From an uncultured virus (IMG/VR IMGVR_UViG_3300010883_000002) (lineage: Duplodnaviria; Heunggongvirae; Uroviricota; Caudoviricetes): 64,000 bases of DNA. Location of the stretch: the IMG/VR virus record IMGVR_UViG_3300010883_000002. One strand, written 5' to 3'. Below the pieces are notes generated by a model, which worked only from the letters and a program-made list of their open reading frames with translations, was not told the origin of the DNA and searched no databases. How positions within the stretch are numbered: position 1 is the stretch's first letter; each line of letters opens with the position of its first letter. The position numbers were made by a program, and so were the translations under genes. Shown here in pieces: positions 8,402 through 17,535 of the stretch.

Positions 8402-8657
8402 AATGAGAGTTGGTGATTTGGTCAGAAACACAATGGAGGCTCGTTGCAATCCCGTTGTGAACGAGGGTCGAGGCTGGACCCCTATCCCCGCTGGACAGGT
8501 TGGCATCGTTGTGGGCGTCCGTCAGACAGACTTGAATGCATCTTATAGTAAAGATGGCAAGGGTGATGTTTACGTTGATGTGGTGCTTACTGATGGCGAT
8601 GGCGACAAACATCGCTGTGGAAACTATTTGCAAGGCTTCTTTGAGGTGATTGCATGA
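8391..8657 (+). CDS. MKVGDLV-family small protein
   Basis: MRVGDLV (ATG 8403)...GIVV...FEVIA. Confidence 0.7.
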   Translation: MEIKMRVGDLVRNTMEARCNPVVNEGRGWTPIPAGQVGIVVGVRQTDLNASYSKDGKGDVYVDVVLTDGDGDKHRCGNYLQGFFEVIA

Positions 8658-8896
8658 TTGGTTCGCTTGTCAAGTTTTCGGGTGATAGACGAGAAATACA
8701 TTTTCCATCTTCTCCACAATATCCGGCGTTCTGGGACAAGGTTGGCTTGGTTACATCATACACAAAGCAAGAAGCTTCTGGTGATGAGCATGTACGAGTC
8801 CAGTGGGTCAAGCCCTTCCATTGGCAGAGTCCTGAGTTCCCGGTAACTTATTCTGATTTTAATTTGTTGAATTTTGAGATTGTAGGTAGAGCATGA
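8654..8896 (+). CDS. MKVGDLV-family small protein
   Basis: MIGSLVKF...GLV...VQW...FEIVG. Confidence 0.7.
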   Translation: MIGSLVKFSGDRREIHFPSSPQYPAFWDKVGLVTSYTKQEASGDEHVRVQWVKPFHWQSPEFPVTYSDFNLLNFEIVGRA

Positions 8897-9189
8897 GAGT
8901 GGGAGATTTAGTAACGCTATCAGCGAGAGGTAAGAAGCTTGAGGCTTGTTGGCGATGGGATCGTTCCAACTGGCAAGTGCGTCCAGACAGGGCACCGAAG
9001 ACGGCGGTGAACAAGTTGGTTGGGCTGCTCCTGCGTATCGAAGAACCCATCCATGCTTTTGACGATCAACAAAAATATATTGTAAACTGGATCTCTGACG
9101 GTCCACCCCATCGGGAACCCCACAACTATAGTAGGAAAACTGGGTATTGGCATCGGTGTGACCTTAAGTTTGTGGCAAAGGCAAAGTAA
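8893..9189 (+). CDS. MKVGDLV-family small protein
   Basis: MRVGDLV...GLLL...VNW...LKFVA. Confidence 0.7.
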   Translation: MRVGDLVTLSARGKKLEACWRWDRSNWQVRPDRAPKTAVNKLVGLLLRIEEPIHAFDDQQKYIVNWISDGPPHREPHNYSRKTGYWHRCDLKFVAKAK

Positions 9190-9389
9190 TGAAAGTCGGT
9201 GATTTAATAAAGTTGCAGAGTGGTACTTGTACCCATTGGGGATTACCAACGGGCGTTGCACTCTTGGTTGAGAAGCTGCCACGCATCGACATATATGAAT
9301 ATGATTGGAGAGTTCTCGTTGATGGTAGATATGTTGAACTCGGTAGACAGATAGAACAATCTTCGGAGGTAATCAATGAAAGTCGGTGA
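9189..9389 (+). CDS. MKVGDLV-family small protein
   Basis: MKVGDLI...EVINESR. Confidence 0.7.
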   Translation: MKVGDLIKLQSGTCTHWGLPTGVALLVEKLPRIDIYEYDWRVLVDGRYVELGRQIEQSSEVINESR

Positions 9390-9570
9390 TTTAGTTAGGT
9401 TCGGAAAGGACTCAGGCGAGATAGGCGTCTATCTAGGTGAAAAAACCTTCGATGGTAATTACACATGCTCAATGGTCTTCTTTCCCCAGAGAGTCGCCCA
9501 GAAAAATGGTGGTCGGAATCCGGCTCCGGTTCAAACAGATATTCTAGAGGTGATTAGTGAAAGTCGGTGA
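9376..9570 (+). CDS. MKVGDLV-family small protein
   Basis: MKVGDLV...LEVISESR. Confidence 0.7.
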   Translation: MKVGDLVRFGKDSGEIGVYLGEKTFDGNYTCSMVFFPQRVAQKNGGRNPAPVQTDILEVISESR

Positions 9571-9751
9571 TTTGGTAAAGCTACATCCAAACGAGGCAAT
9601 GTTGCTTCCAGTGTGGCAGAGAGATCGACTCGGTATCATTGTTGAGGTTTATGAATCCATGAACGGCTGTGACCTTCACGTTCTGTGGTCAGGCGATACG
9701 CAGACCGATATTGAATATGAAGATGGTGTTGTCGTTGTGAGCAAAGCTTAA
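9557..9751 (+). CDS. MKVGDLV-family small protein
   Basis: GTG start KVGDLV...GIIVEV...VLW. Confidence 0.7.
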   Translation: MKVGDLVKLHPNEAMLLPVWQRDRLGIIVEVYESMNGCDLHVLWSGDTQTDIEYEDGVVVVSKA

Positions 9752-10008
9752 TGTGGTGGCTTTATGTTGTTCGTTGTAGCGATGGAACTCTTTACACCGG
9801 GGTCACTACCAGTGTTGAAAGGCGCATAAGAGAACACAACGGCTCTTCAAGGGGAGCGAAGTACACCAAGGCAAGGCGACCAGTTGAATTAGTATGGACG
9901 AAGGAATATAAGAATCGTTCAGAGGCACAGTCGGCTGAGTATAACTTTAAAAAGTTGTTTCACAAACAGAAATGGGAAATTATAAATGAAGACCGTAATC
10001 GTATTTGA
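9751..10008 (+). CDS. Stand-alone GIY-YIG nuclease (UPF0213/YhbQ-like)
   Basis: WLYVVRCSDGTLYTGVT..VERRIREHN...GAKYT...RPVELV...AQSAE. Confidence 0.9.
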   Translation: MWWLYVVRCSDGTLYTGVTTSVERRIREHNGSSRGAKYTKARRPVELVWTKEYKNRSEAQSAEYNFKKLFHKQKWEIINEDRNRI

Positions 10009-10258
10009 CACCGAAGACCAGAAGGGGATGATGGCAACCTATAAGATTGTTGATCACCTGTCGTCGGCATATCTTGAGAAACGTCTATCTCACAGCAGGT
10101 CTGTAACTTTTCAAAAGATTAGTTTCATTAAGATGCTACGAGAATATGGGAAAGCGGTTGAAGAAGGTAAGTCCACTTCTGGATTGAAGGATACTAAGAA
10201 TTTTGCAGATGAGATTTTTTTGCGTGAAGCAGACGCAAATTTTAAACACAAGTTCTAA
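9986..10258 (+). CDS. Hypothetical protein
   Basis: ORF in operon; KISFIKMLRE...GLKDTKNF is faintly L7/L12-CTD-like. Confidence 0.6.
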   Translation: MKTVIVFDTEDQKGMMATYKIVDHLSSAYLEKRLSHSRSVTFQKISFIKMLREYGKAVEEGKSTSGLKDTKNFADEIFLREADANFKHKF

Positions 10259-10287
10259 TTATAGACTAGAAAGGAAGATATAAACAT

Positions 10288-10506
10288 ATGTCAGAACAAC
10301 GAACACCACAAGAAATCATGGCTGAGATGGATGAGCTTATGCGTAAGCAGATGGAACTTCAAGGCGAACTACTCAAAGCGAATTGGGGAGCCTTTAAGGA
10401 GCCTCTAGAAGCCTTCATGGATATTTTCAAAGTTTCTAGTCAAGCTGAAAAAGCTAAGACCGAGAAGACCACTGAGGAATCTAAAACCAGTGAAGAAAGT
10501 TCTTAA
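10288..10506 (+). CDS. Hypothetical helical protein
   Basis: AAGGA SD; CTAATTA at 10255. Confidence 0.6.
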   Translation: MSEQRTPQEIMAEMDELMRKQMELQGELLKANWGAFKEPLEAFMDIFKVSSQAEKAKTEKTTEESKTSEESS

Positions 10507-11275
10507 AAAAGATACCGGGGTTGCTTTTTATGTGGCGGGAGATTATAATGAACATTGGTTCTCTCGCCATAACAGTAATATAATAAATATTTGGGAACAA
10601 GATACATTTAAAATATTAGAATATTACAAAAACAAAAGTAGCGGGGTGTATGTTGATATTGGAGCTTGGATTGGTCCAACCGTTCTTTATGCTGCAAATA
10701 TTTATAAAGAAGTGATAGCTGTGGAGCCAGATCCAATTGCTATAAAAAGATTAGAGGAAAATTTATCTGTTAACAAATTTACCAATGTGAAGTTGGTCAA
10801 AAAGGGACTAGCCGCTGTCAACGGAACTGCAAAATTTGGAGGGCATGGACCACTAGGAAATAGCGAGTCAACCCTGTTGGTTTCAGAACCGGATTATACT
10901 CAATGGGGGTATAAAAAAAGTTTGAAACGGTCCCAAGATGCCCTTGTGATTATTGATACCATAACAATTGAAAATCTTTTAACAGAACAGAGCGTAGATC
11001 CGGCACACATTAGTTTGATTAAGATGGATATTGAAGGTGGTGAATTATTTGTAGTTCCAGCCATACAAAGGTTTTTAAAAGAACATCAACCAGCATTTTA
11101 TATTAGTTTACATTATGGTTTTCTTAACATAGAACACATAGAATCAATATTGGATGTGCTTTTTTCAATTTATAACAATTGCTATGTTTTTTCAAGTGAT
11201 GGGAAGAGAGAAAAAGTATCTAGAGATAATATAATTAACAACAAAATAGAAGCATTGGTTTTTGAAACGAATTAA
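10490..11275 (+). CDS. FkbM-family SAM-dependent methyltransferase
   Basis: YVDIGAWIG, VIAVEPD, LIKMDIEGGE. Confidence 0.9.
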   Translation: MKKVLKKDTGVAFYVAGDYNEHWFSRHNSNIINIWEQDTFKILEYYKNKSSGVYVDIGAWIGPTVLYAANIYKEVIAVEPDPIAIKRLEENLSVNKFTNVKLVKKGLAAVNGTAKFGGHGPLGNSESTLLVSEPDYTQWGYKKSLKRSQDALVIIDTITIENLLTEQSVDPAHISLIKMDIEGGELFVVPAIQRFLKEHQPAFYISLHYGFLNIEHIESILDVLFSIYNNCYVFSSDGKREKVSRDNIINNKIEALVFETN

Positions 11276-11284
11276 AGAGAAAAA

Positions 11285-11587
11285 ATGAATCCAGTTGATT
11301 ACGCTAAAATTCTGAAGGACTACGAGAAGTCCAAGGAATCCCAAAAGGCAATCTACAGTTCTTATCCAGAAGTGTGGGAAGAACAGAATAAGTACAAGTA
11401 TGAAAAGGAGTTGCGTGACTCCTATCAGTATTATGGCGAACAGGATGATACGCCAAAAAAGTTTGCTGTTAGTTATTTCCGAAATGGAATTCCAAAAGAA
11501 AAGTTTTTTGCTTCTTATGATGATGCCATGCGTAAAATGAAAAACTTCCTATGCCGTGGCATTTGTGCCACTATGAAGAAGTTGTGA
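11285..11587 (+). CDS. Hypothetical protein
   Basis: ORF in operon. Confidence 0.6.
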   Translation: MNPVDYAKILKDYEKSKESQKAIYSSYPEVWEEQNKYKYEKELRDSYQYYGEQDDTPKKFAVSYFRNGIPKEKFFASYDDAMRKMKNFLCRGICATMKKL

Positions 11588-11778
11588 AGGTTGGCGATCT
11601 AGTAACAACAGCAGATAATTGTGGTATCAAGCTTAAGCTTGGAATTATTGTTGAGGAAACTGATCCCGTTGAGTGGGATCGGCATCCTCTTTTTTTTGTC
11701 TGGTGGGTTGATGACCCTGAGTTTAATACTTGCCCTTGGAAACCAGAACAGTTAAAGCTAATCTCATCTAGAGGCTAA
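11584..11778 (+). CDS. MKVGDLV-family small protein
   Basis: GTG at 11584 (GTGA overlap): KVGDLV...GIIVE...VWW...LKLISSRG. Confidence 0.7.
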   Translation: MKVGDLVTTADNCGIKLKLGIIVEETDPVEWDRHPLFFVWWVDDPEFNTCPWKPEQLKLISSRG

Positions 11779-11786
11779 TTAAAGAC

Positions 11787-13760
11787 ATGGCGAGAGAACA
11801 AAATACACGAATGACAGAAGCCCGAAGCAAGTTGAATGCTATTCGTCGTCATCAGCGCCTTAAAAAAATGGGCAAATCTCCGCATTGGAAAAAGGCTCTT
11901 GCTCAACGCCCCAAGAAAACAGAAGAAGTAGAAGAACCATATGTAAAAGTATCAAACGACAAAAAATTAAAAAACTTGCGCCTTCCAGCCTTATTAAAAG
12001 GTTATACGCTGAAAAAAATAAACGAGAAAGACCCTATTGATATGGTGATAACATGGGTTGATATGTCTGACCCGGTGTGGAGAAATAAATATAAAAAACA
12101 CACGGGCGGCACTCCAAGTTGGAAACGGTTTAGGGACATGGATGAATTAGAGCTTAGTCTCGCTTCCATAACAAAATATATGCCTTGGTTGAGAACAATT
12201 TATGTGATCACTGATAATCAAAGACCAGATTATATTTCTGATTTTCCTAATGTGAAGGTAGTTGACCACAGTGAAATCCTTAGTGAAAAGTGTATCAAAC
12301 CCACATTTAATTCCAATGTTATAGAGGCACACATGCATAAAATACCGGGATTATCAGAAGTGTTTTTGTGGGGTAACGATGACTGTATGGTTGGGAAGCC
12401 GATTAAAAAATCAGAATGGTTTAAGAAAGGTGTTCCATGTGTCGCTTTCAAGCGAAAAAAAATGCAAAATCCCGGCAAGGGATTTAATCGAAGTGTATAT
12501 AACTCAATTAAATTTGCAGGTGAGTTTGCTGGAGCGTATAGTGGCACCAATGGAAAGCTTTTGATGCAGACCCACCAGATCAACATTCTCACAAAATCGG
12601 CATGTAAAAAGGTTTGGGAAGTCCTTCCAAATAGAGTTCAAGATTTGATACAGTGTCGAACAAGAAGTCCTGTATATTCACAATTTCAATTTCAATTGAC
12701 AGCATCTATTCTTGGAATACATACTGGTACAATGTGTTTAGATACAAGCTGGGAAGAAAATTATAAAGGCATATACGGTGGTAACTTAAAGTTTGGAGGC
12801 TTGAGGCGGGGAAAGGTTCTTTCTGGTCAGAAAAGACAACAACTGACGAATACAAAAAATTGGTTTTCTTCTATTCAAAAAAATCCACCTGCTCTATATT
12901 GCGTTAACTGGATTCAGCCTGATAAGGATTGCGAGGAAGTGTGGTTCAAATTTAAATCTGACATGCTACAAAAGGTTCGTCCGAAGCCAAAAATTACTCT
13001 CTCTCCATCTTCTTTACATTTCAAGATTATCATACCATCTTATAATGTAGAAAAGTGGATTGACAAAACAATTAATAGTCTCTTGACACAGACCCACAAC
13101 AATTTTCAAGCTATTTTTATAGACGATTGTTCCTCTGACGACACTTATAGAACAGCACTCAACACAATTGGGGGTGACAAAAGGTTTATCACTGTAAAAA
13201 ATGAAAAAAATATAGGAGTGATGGCAAATGTGGTAGCTGGATTAAAAACTTTAAAGCCAAGCGATGAGGACGTTGTAATTACTCTTGACGGGGATGATTG
13301 GTTTAGTCACAACAAGGCATTGGAAACTATTCATAAAACCTATCATGTAAAAAAATGTTTAGTTACTTACGGAATGTGGGAAAGTATTCCTCCTGTTAAA
13401 TCTTATCCACAACGCTGGCGCAGACACTCAAGTGCTGTTATCGCACAAAACTCCTTTCGGGGGGATGTATATCGTGCCACCCAGATTAGAACTTGGAAGT
13501 ATAAATTGTGGAAAAAAATTAAAGACCAAGACCTTCGTAATAAAGTTGGCAACTATTATTCAATGGCATCCGACGTGGCAATAATGTTGCCAATTCTTGA
13601 AATGGCTGGAGATCGCCAAGAGTTCATTTCTGAAATCGGATATGTTTATAACCAACAAAATTCAAACAACGATGGGAAGTTGGACAGGGCAAAACAAAAA
13701 AGAATAGAAAATGAAATTCGCAAGAAGACAAAATACAAAAAAGTTATTTTTCCTGATTAA
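11787..13760 (+). CDS. Stealth-family hexose-1-phosphate transferase fused to a GT2 glycosyltransferase
   Basis: Stealth CR1 IDMVITWVD.SDPVW and CR2 ELELSLASI...FNSNVIE...IPGLSEVFLWGNDD; GT2 IIIPSYN...IFIDDCSSD...LDGDD. Confidence 0.88.
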   Translation: MAREQNTRMTEARSKLNAIRRHQRLKKMGKSPHWKKALAQRPKKTEEVEEPYVKVSNDKKLKNLRLPALLKGYTLKKINEKDPIDMVITWVDMSDPVWRNKYKKHTGGTPSWKRFRDMDELELSLASITKYMPWLRTIYVITDNQRPDYISDFPNVKVVDHSEILSEKCIKPTFNSNVIEAHMHKIPGLSEVFLWGNDDCMVGKPIKKSEWFKKGVPCVAFKRKKMQNPGKGFNRSVYNSIKFAGEFAGAYSGTNGKLLMQTHQINILTKSACKKVWEVLPNRVQDLIQCRTRSPVYSQFQFQLTASILGIHTGTMCLDTSWEENYKGIYGGNLKFGGLRRGKVLSGQKRQQLTNTKNWFSSIQKNPPALYCVNWIQPDKDCEEVWFKFKSDMLQKVRPKPKITLSPSSLHFKIIIPSYNVEKWIDKTINSLLTQTHNNFQAIFIDDCSSDDTYRTALNTIGGDKRFITVKNEKNIGVMANVVAGLKTLKPSDEDVVITLDGDDWFSHNKALETIHKTYHVKKCLVTYGMWESIPPVKSYPQRWRRHSSAVIAQNSFRGDVYRATQIRTWKYKLWKKIKDQDLRNKVGNYYSMASDVAIMLPILEMAGDRQEFISEIGYVYNQQNSNNDGKLDRAKQKRIENEIRKKTKYKKVIFPD

Positions 13761-13820
13761 GAGTTAAAATTAACTATACAACCTAATTACAGTGTGCTAT
13801 GATAGAGAAAAGGAGATACA

Positions 13821-14045
13821 ATGAATATTAATGAACAACAGCTTCCGAGAGGATATGATATTAACTCAGCCGAGGAAGTTAAGTGTGAACAGTGCGATTC
13901 AAATGTTTTTGAAACCATCGTAGCACTAAAGAAGATGCCAGCAAATCTTTCACCGACAGGGAAGGATGCTGTTATTCCTGTACCTGTTTTTCGGTGCGCC
14001 TCTTGCAAGTATCTTAATAAAGACTTTCTTAAAAATAACGCTTGA
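13821..14045 (+). CDS. Small zinc-ribbon protein
   Basis: CEQC...CASC; AAGGAG SD. Confidence 0.75.
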   Translation: MNINEQQLPRGYDINSAEEVKCEQCDSNVFETIVALKKMPANLSPTGKDAVIPVPVFRCASCKYLNKDFLKNNA

Positions 14046-14070
14046 CAATAAACCCAATTTGTACTATATT
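14042..14070 (+). promoter_or_regulatory. sigma70 promoter
   Basis: TTGACA-N17-TATATT. Confidence 0.75.
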
Positions 14071-14146
14071 TGAGACATAAAATGAGAACCAATAATCACC
14101 AAAGGAAGAGGTTGCCTATGAAACGATTATAAATATATTATTGTGC

Positions 14147-14332
14147 AGGGTAGAAGGTGATTATAGGGTTTTATTAATAGCGGTTCAACGCTGACAATGA
14201 ACCGTGCCCCACGGAGGTATGCGACGGTAGGTTACTTGCGTGTTTGAGTTGAGATTTTTAGAATAGTGCGGGGCAAATTGTGGACGGTCAGCTAGCATGG
14301 TGTGTAGCAAGAGAACACCAACCTTCTACCCT
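14147..14332 (+). ncRNA. Candidate pseudoknotted ncRNA, family unknown
   Basis: Perfect 12-bp closing helix agggtagaaggt/accttctaccct; gcggttca/tgaaccgt hairpin whose loop gctgac(14190) complements gtcagc(14287); tgcccc/ggggca; tggtgt/acacca. Confidence 0.65.
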
Positions 14333-14362
14333 ATTATAACAAGTTGAAGAGGACGTGACAAC

Positions 14363-14644
14363 ATGTGGAACAGAGGAATCCCGCCGTGGTATGGAAGCTA
14401 TGACAGAGTAACAATCTCGGAAGAAGCCAAACGAAGGTTTCAGAAGATGGTTGATGAAGAGTTAGAAAGCCGCAAGCCGCTCATTGGTGAAGAGATTAAC
14501 GTTAAAATAAAAGATAAAGAGATTGAACCAAATACGAAACCCACCTTAGAGTTATACATCGGGGTGGGTGTTTTTATTACGGCTCTTGGAGCAGGAGCAT
14601 TTTTCCTCATGTCCTCCATACTCCAATTGCTCCGTGGAATGTAA
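14363..14644 (+). CDS. Hypothetical membrane protein
   Basis: C-terminal hydrophobic helix. Confidence 0.65.
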   Translation: MWNRGIPPWYGSYDRVTISEEAKRRFQKMVDEELESRKPLIGEEINVKIKDKEIEPNTKPTLELYIGVGVFITALGAGAFFLMSSILQLLRGM

Positions 14645-14687
14645 TGTTTTAATTTACATTTTTTCTTATATATGATAGACTTAAGAC

Positions 14688-14924
14688 ATGAACAATATTA
14701 TTTACTTAAAAAGTCATCTTGAAAAACAAAAGTTAGCAGAGGAATGTATTCGTCAGCAAGAGGTGCTTGAAAGATACACCGACCAACAGATGAGCATTTT
14801 TTTAGAAGATATGCATATACTCGTTTCAAAACAATTAGAAGACCAGCATATCAACAAGCAAGATATTTCAAACACAATCGCAATGTTTATAGAACAATTT
14901 ATCAACGGAGTTAATATCAAATGA
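14688..14924 (+). CDS. Hypothetical protein
   Basis: ORF with ATGA overlap. Confidence 0.6.
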   Translation: MNNIIYLKSHLEKQKLAEECIRQQEVLERYTDQQMSIFLEDMHILVSKQLEDQHINKQDISNTIAMFIEQFINGVNIK

Positions 14925-15283
14925 CTAAGATTATAATCACCAGAGCGCAAAACGGATGGATTCTAGAAGAAGATAAGCCATTTCTCGATGACGAAGGAAC
15001 CTATTTATCTCAAGAGGTTTTTGAAGACGAAGAAGATGAGAATGAAGAATATTCTCAGGCTAACAGTCTAGGATCTTTATTGTGGGCAGCTTTTGAACAA
15101 CATTTTCAGTCGAAACGAAGTGGAGGAATTGTCTTGGATGTGAAAGAAAAGGGAAGAGAACAGGAATACACCGATGAACTTGAAGAGAAATATCACGATT
15201 TTGGTGAGCCTTTTTCTGTGTGCCCAACCGTGGATGAAGAGTGGTGCTCCCAAGTAGTTGATTTATCAGACGAAAAAAAGTAA
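14921..15283 (+). CDS. Hypothetical acidic protein
   Basis: IITRAQNGWIL N-terminus; GGAG SD. Confidence 0.65.
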   Translation: MTKIIITRAQNGWILEEDKPFLDDEGTYLSQEVFEDEEDENEEYSQANSLGSLLWAAFEQHFQSKRSGGIVLDVKEKGREQEYTDELEEKYHDFGEPFSVCPTVDEEWCSQVVDLSDEKK

Positions 15284-15291
15284 AAAAACAC

Positions 15292-15321
15292 TTGACAACC
15301 GACCCCAAATGATGCTATATT
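15292..15321 (+). promoter_or_regulatory. sigma70 promoter related to the repeat cassette
   Basis: TTGACA-N18-TATATT; spacer gaccccaaa shared with copy 3. Confidence 0.7.
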
Positions 15322-15340
15322 ATATATAGAGAATAGAGAG

Positions 15341-15955
15341 GTGTCTATGAGTTGGTCAGGAACAGTCAGGTGTAGTAAATGTTGGACGACAGGTCACAAC
15401 AAACGCTCATGCCCAGACCTAAAAAAAGCTATTGAAGTTGCACGAAAAGCCGATCCTGAGAATTGGCAAGTCAAGGAATTTGACGAATTGCGGCGACGAG
15501 GGCGACAACGAACATGTAAGTATTGTAAGGAATCGGGGCACAACCGAGCTACCTGTAAGGCGTTGGTAACAGACCAGATCAAGGCTCGTCAGGAGTGCTC
15601 AGAGTGGCGCACAGAGGCTCTTGAGGCTATTGAGGCTATGGGGCTAGGTGTTGGGGCGTTGGTTACTGTAGACGGCTCTCCTGCCCTTGTAATGGGTATC
15701 CAGTGGTGTCGTGGTTCTCAACGCTCTAGGGTCCGCCGAACCGCCGAGAGCATGATTGAGATCAAAGCTCATGGACCACAGCGGTATAACCGGGCTGTTC
15801 CATTCCCACAACACCCCAATGTATCACCAGACAGCAGCGTGATTCTCATGGCTCCAGCGCCGGGTGATACCTTTGCAAGAACCGTGCCAAGTGATTGGAT
15901 TACTGAGGAACCCCCCGAAAGGATTATGAGGCGTTTTGACCCAGAGACTTGGTAA
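15341..15955 (+). CDS. Double CCHC zinc-knuckle protein
   Basis: CSKCWTTGHNKRSC and CKYCKESGHNRATC. Confidence 0.8.
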   Translation: MSMSWSGTVRCSKCWTTGHNKRSCPDLKKAIEVARKADPENWQVKEFDELRRRGRQRTCKYCKESGHNRATCKALVTDQIKARQECSEWRTEALEAIEAMGLGVGALVTVDGSPALVMGIQWCRGSQRSRVRRTAESMIEIKAHGPQRYNRAVPFPQHPNVSPDSSVILMAPAPGDTFARTVPSDWITEEPPERIMRRFDPETW

Positions 15956-16010
15956 ACCCAAGTACTTGTTTTTGTTAAGAAAGAAAATTGTAAACTTATG
16001 TCGATTTTAC

Positions 16011-16039
16011 TTGACTTTCCCCTCCACCCATGTTACATT
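16011..16039 (+). promoter_or_regulatory. sigma70 promoter
   Basis: TTGACT-N17-TACATT with extended -10 TG. Confidence 0.65.
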
Positions 16040-16101
16040 ATATGTGTAGAATGAGAGCAGAGGGAATGTTTCCCTTCCTATTTCTACTGTTGGGAGTAAA
16101 A

Positions 16102-16563
16102 ATGAACAAAGCCGTTTGGAACGCTCAGTTCACAGAAGCCGAAAATTGGTTAACCTCAAAGGGCTATCAGGTTGTTCAAAAAACCGATGCCGAAGATTCA
16201 ATTGTGTGGGCAGATAAGACTGTTTATATTGATTCAAGGTGCCATCCAGAATCGAGGTTTTACACTTTGCTCCATGAGTGTGGTCATCTTCTAATTGCTC
16301 AAAGCTCAAAGCAGTGGGCGAAAGATGTTCCCATGTATGCCTCAGCAGTAGACCTTAGAATTGAGAAGAGTAAAGCCTACAAGGTATCCCTAGTAGCAGA
16401 AGAAATTGAAGCGTGGAAGCGTGGAAGGCGATTGGGCAACAAGCTTGATCTTTATATTGACGATGAGAAATACGATAAGATGATCACTGAATGTGTTTTC
16501 AGCTATATCGAAGATGCAGCAAGGACAGTTGTTCTTGCACATGCAGCAAGGACAAACCAATGA
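16102..16563 (+). CDS. Zincin-like metallopeptidase (ImmA/IrrE-like)
   Basis: TLLHECGH ... EEIEAW; GGAG SD before ATG 16102. Confidence 0.75.
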   Translation: MNKAVWNAQFTEAENWLTSKGYQVVQKTDAEDSIVWADKTVYIDSRCHPESRFYTLLHECGHLLIAQSSKQWAKDVPMYASAVDLRIEKSKAYKVSLVAEEIEAWKRGRRLGNKLDLYIDDEKYDKMITECVFSYIEDAARTVVLAHAARTNQ

Positions 16564-16745
16564 TGACCGAACAACAATTAAAAGAACTTAATTATCTTTT
16601 GAGTCTTGCAACCGAAGAAACTTCAAGTAAGGTTCTTAGGCGTATGCTAGATATTCTAAAAGAAGGGCTGCCAAATGAGAATTCAGGTCTTGAAGAACTT
16701 GGATATGTTGCCGCTAGCAAGTTAATGGAAAGGGGTGAACTGTGA
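16560..16745 (+). CDS. Hypothetical protein
   Basis: ATGA overlap start at 16560. Confidence 0.55.
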   Translation: MMTEQQLKELNYLLSLATEETSSKVLRRMLDILKEGLPNENSGLEELGYVAASKLMERGEL

Positions 16746-16942
16746 TTGTTGGTGATTTAGTAACATTCACCCCACCAGATGTTTTTTCTAGTGCAAAAAG
16801 AGACTATGCCGATCCCGGCATAGTTATCAAGGTAACGGTCATCAACATGGGTTCAACCCCAGAGCGTACTTCTTATATTGTTCGATGGAACGATGGAAGG
16901 GTGACTACTGAGCACCCGTGTTATTTAAAAAAGGCTTACTAA
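16742..16942 (+). CDS. MKVGDLV-family small protein
   Basis: MIVGDLV...GIVIKV...VRW. Confidence 0.7.
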   Translation: MIVGDLVTFTPPDVFSSAKRDYADPGIVIKVTVINMGSTPERTSYIVRWNDGRVTTEHPCYLKKAY

Positions 16943-17535
16943 TGATTCTTACAGTTTTAGATACCGAAACCACTGGACTAGATTCAGATACTCATGAGAT
17001 CATTGAAATCGCAATGATTAGTTATGTGATTGGTGAAGATGGTCAGCGGTATGTTGTTAGGAGGTTTGATTCAAAAGTTAAGCCTCTTCATATAGAAAAA
17101 GCCAACCCGAAAGCTTTGGAAATTAATCACTATTCAGAAGAAGAGTGGGCTAACGCTCCTACGTTTTCTGAGATTGCGCCAGCTATCAAGAGCTTTGTTG
17201 AAGGTTCTCAATTATTGATTGGTCAAAATCTCATATTTGATTTGAAGTTTCTTAATAATTCATTTGAAAAGCTCTCAACGGAATCAATTGAATTTCCTCC
17301 ATACATTGATACAAAGGCTATGGCTGATGTGTTGAAAGATGCTAACTGGATTAAGAGAAGTGGCATGGATTATTTATGTGAGCACTATCAAATTCAGTTT
17401 GAAGGTAAAGCTCACACTGCCATGACCGACTGTGAAAGAACAGTTATGGTATGGGACAAGCTTTTAAAAGACTGTGGAGGTGAATACGATATTTATTTGT
17501 ATGATTCTCCCTACGATCCGAGATTTGATCGGTGA
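16942..17535 (+). CDS. DEDDh 3'-5' exonuclease (DnaQ-like)
   Basis: LDTETTGLD, QNLIFD, AHTAMTD. Confidence 0.9.
   Translation: MILTVLDTETTGLDSDTHEIIEIAMISYVIGEDGQRYVVRRFDSKVKPLHIEKANPKALEINHYSEEEWANAPTFSEIAPAIKSFVEGSQLLIGQNLIFDLKFLNNSFEKLSTESIEFPPYIDTKAMADVLKDANWIKRSGMDYLCEHYQIQFEGKAHTAMTDCERTVMVWDKLLKDCGGEYDIYLYDSPYDPRFDR

Noticed and set aside
9751..10008. Homing endonuclease / mobile intron
   Set aside because: Catalytic domain only, no DNA-binding tail, no interrupted gene or intron motifs.
14147..14332. Retron msr-msd (a1/a2-like inverted repeats)
   Set aside because: No reverse transcriptase motif in the window.
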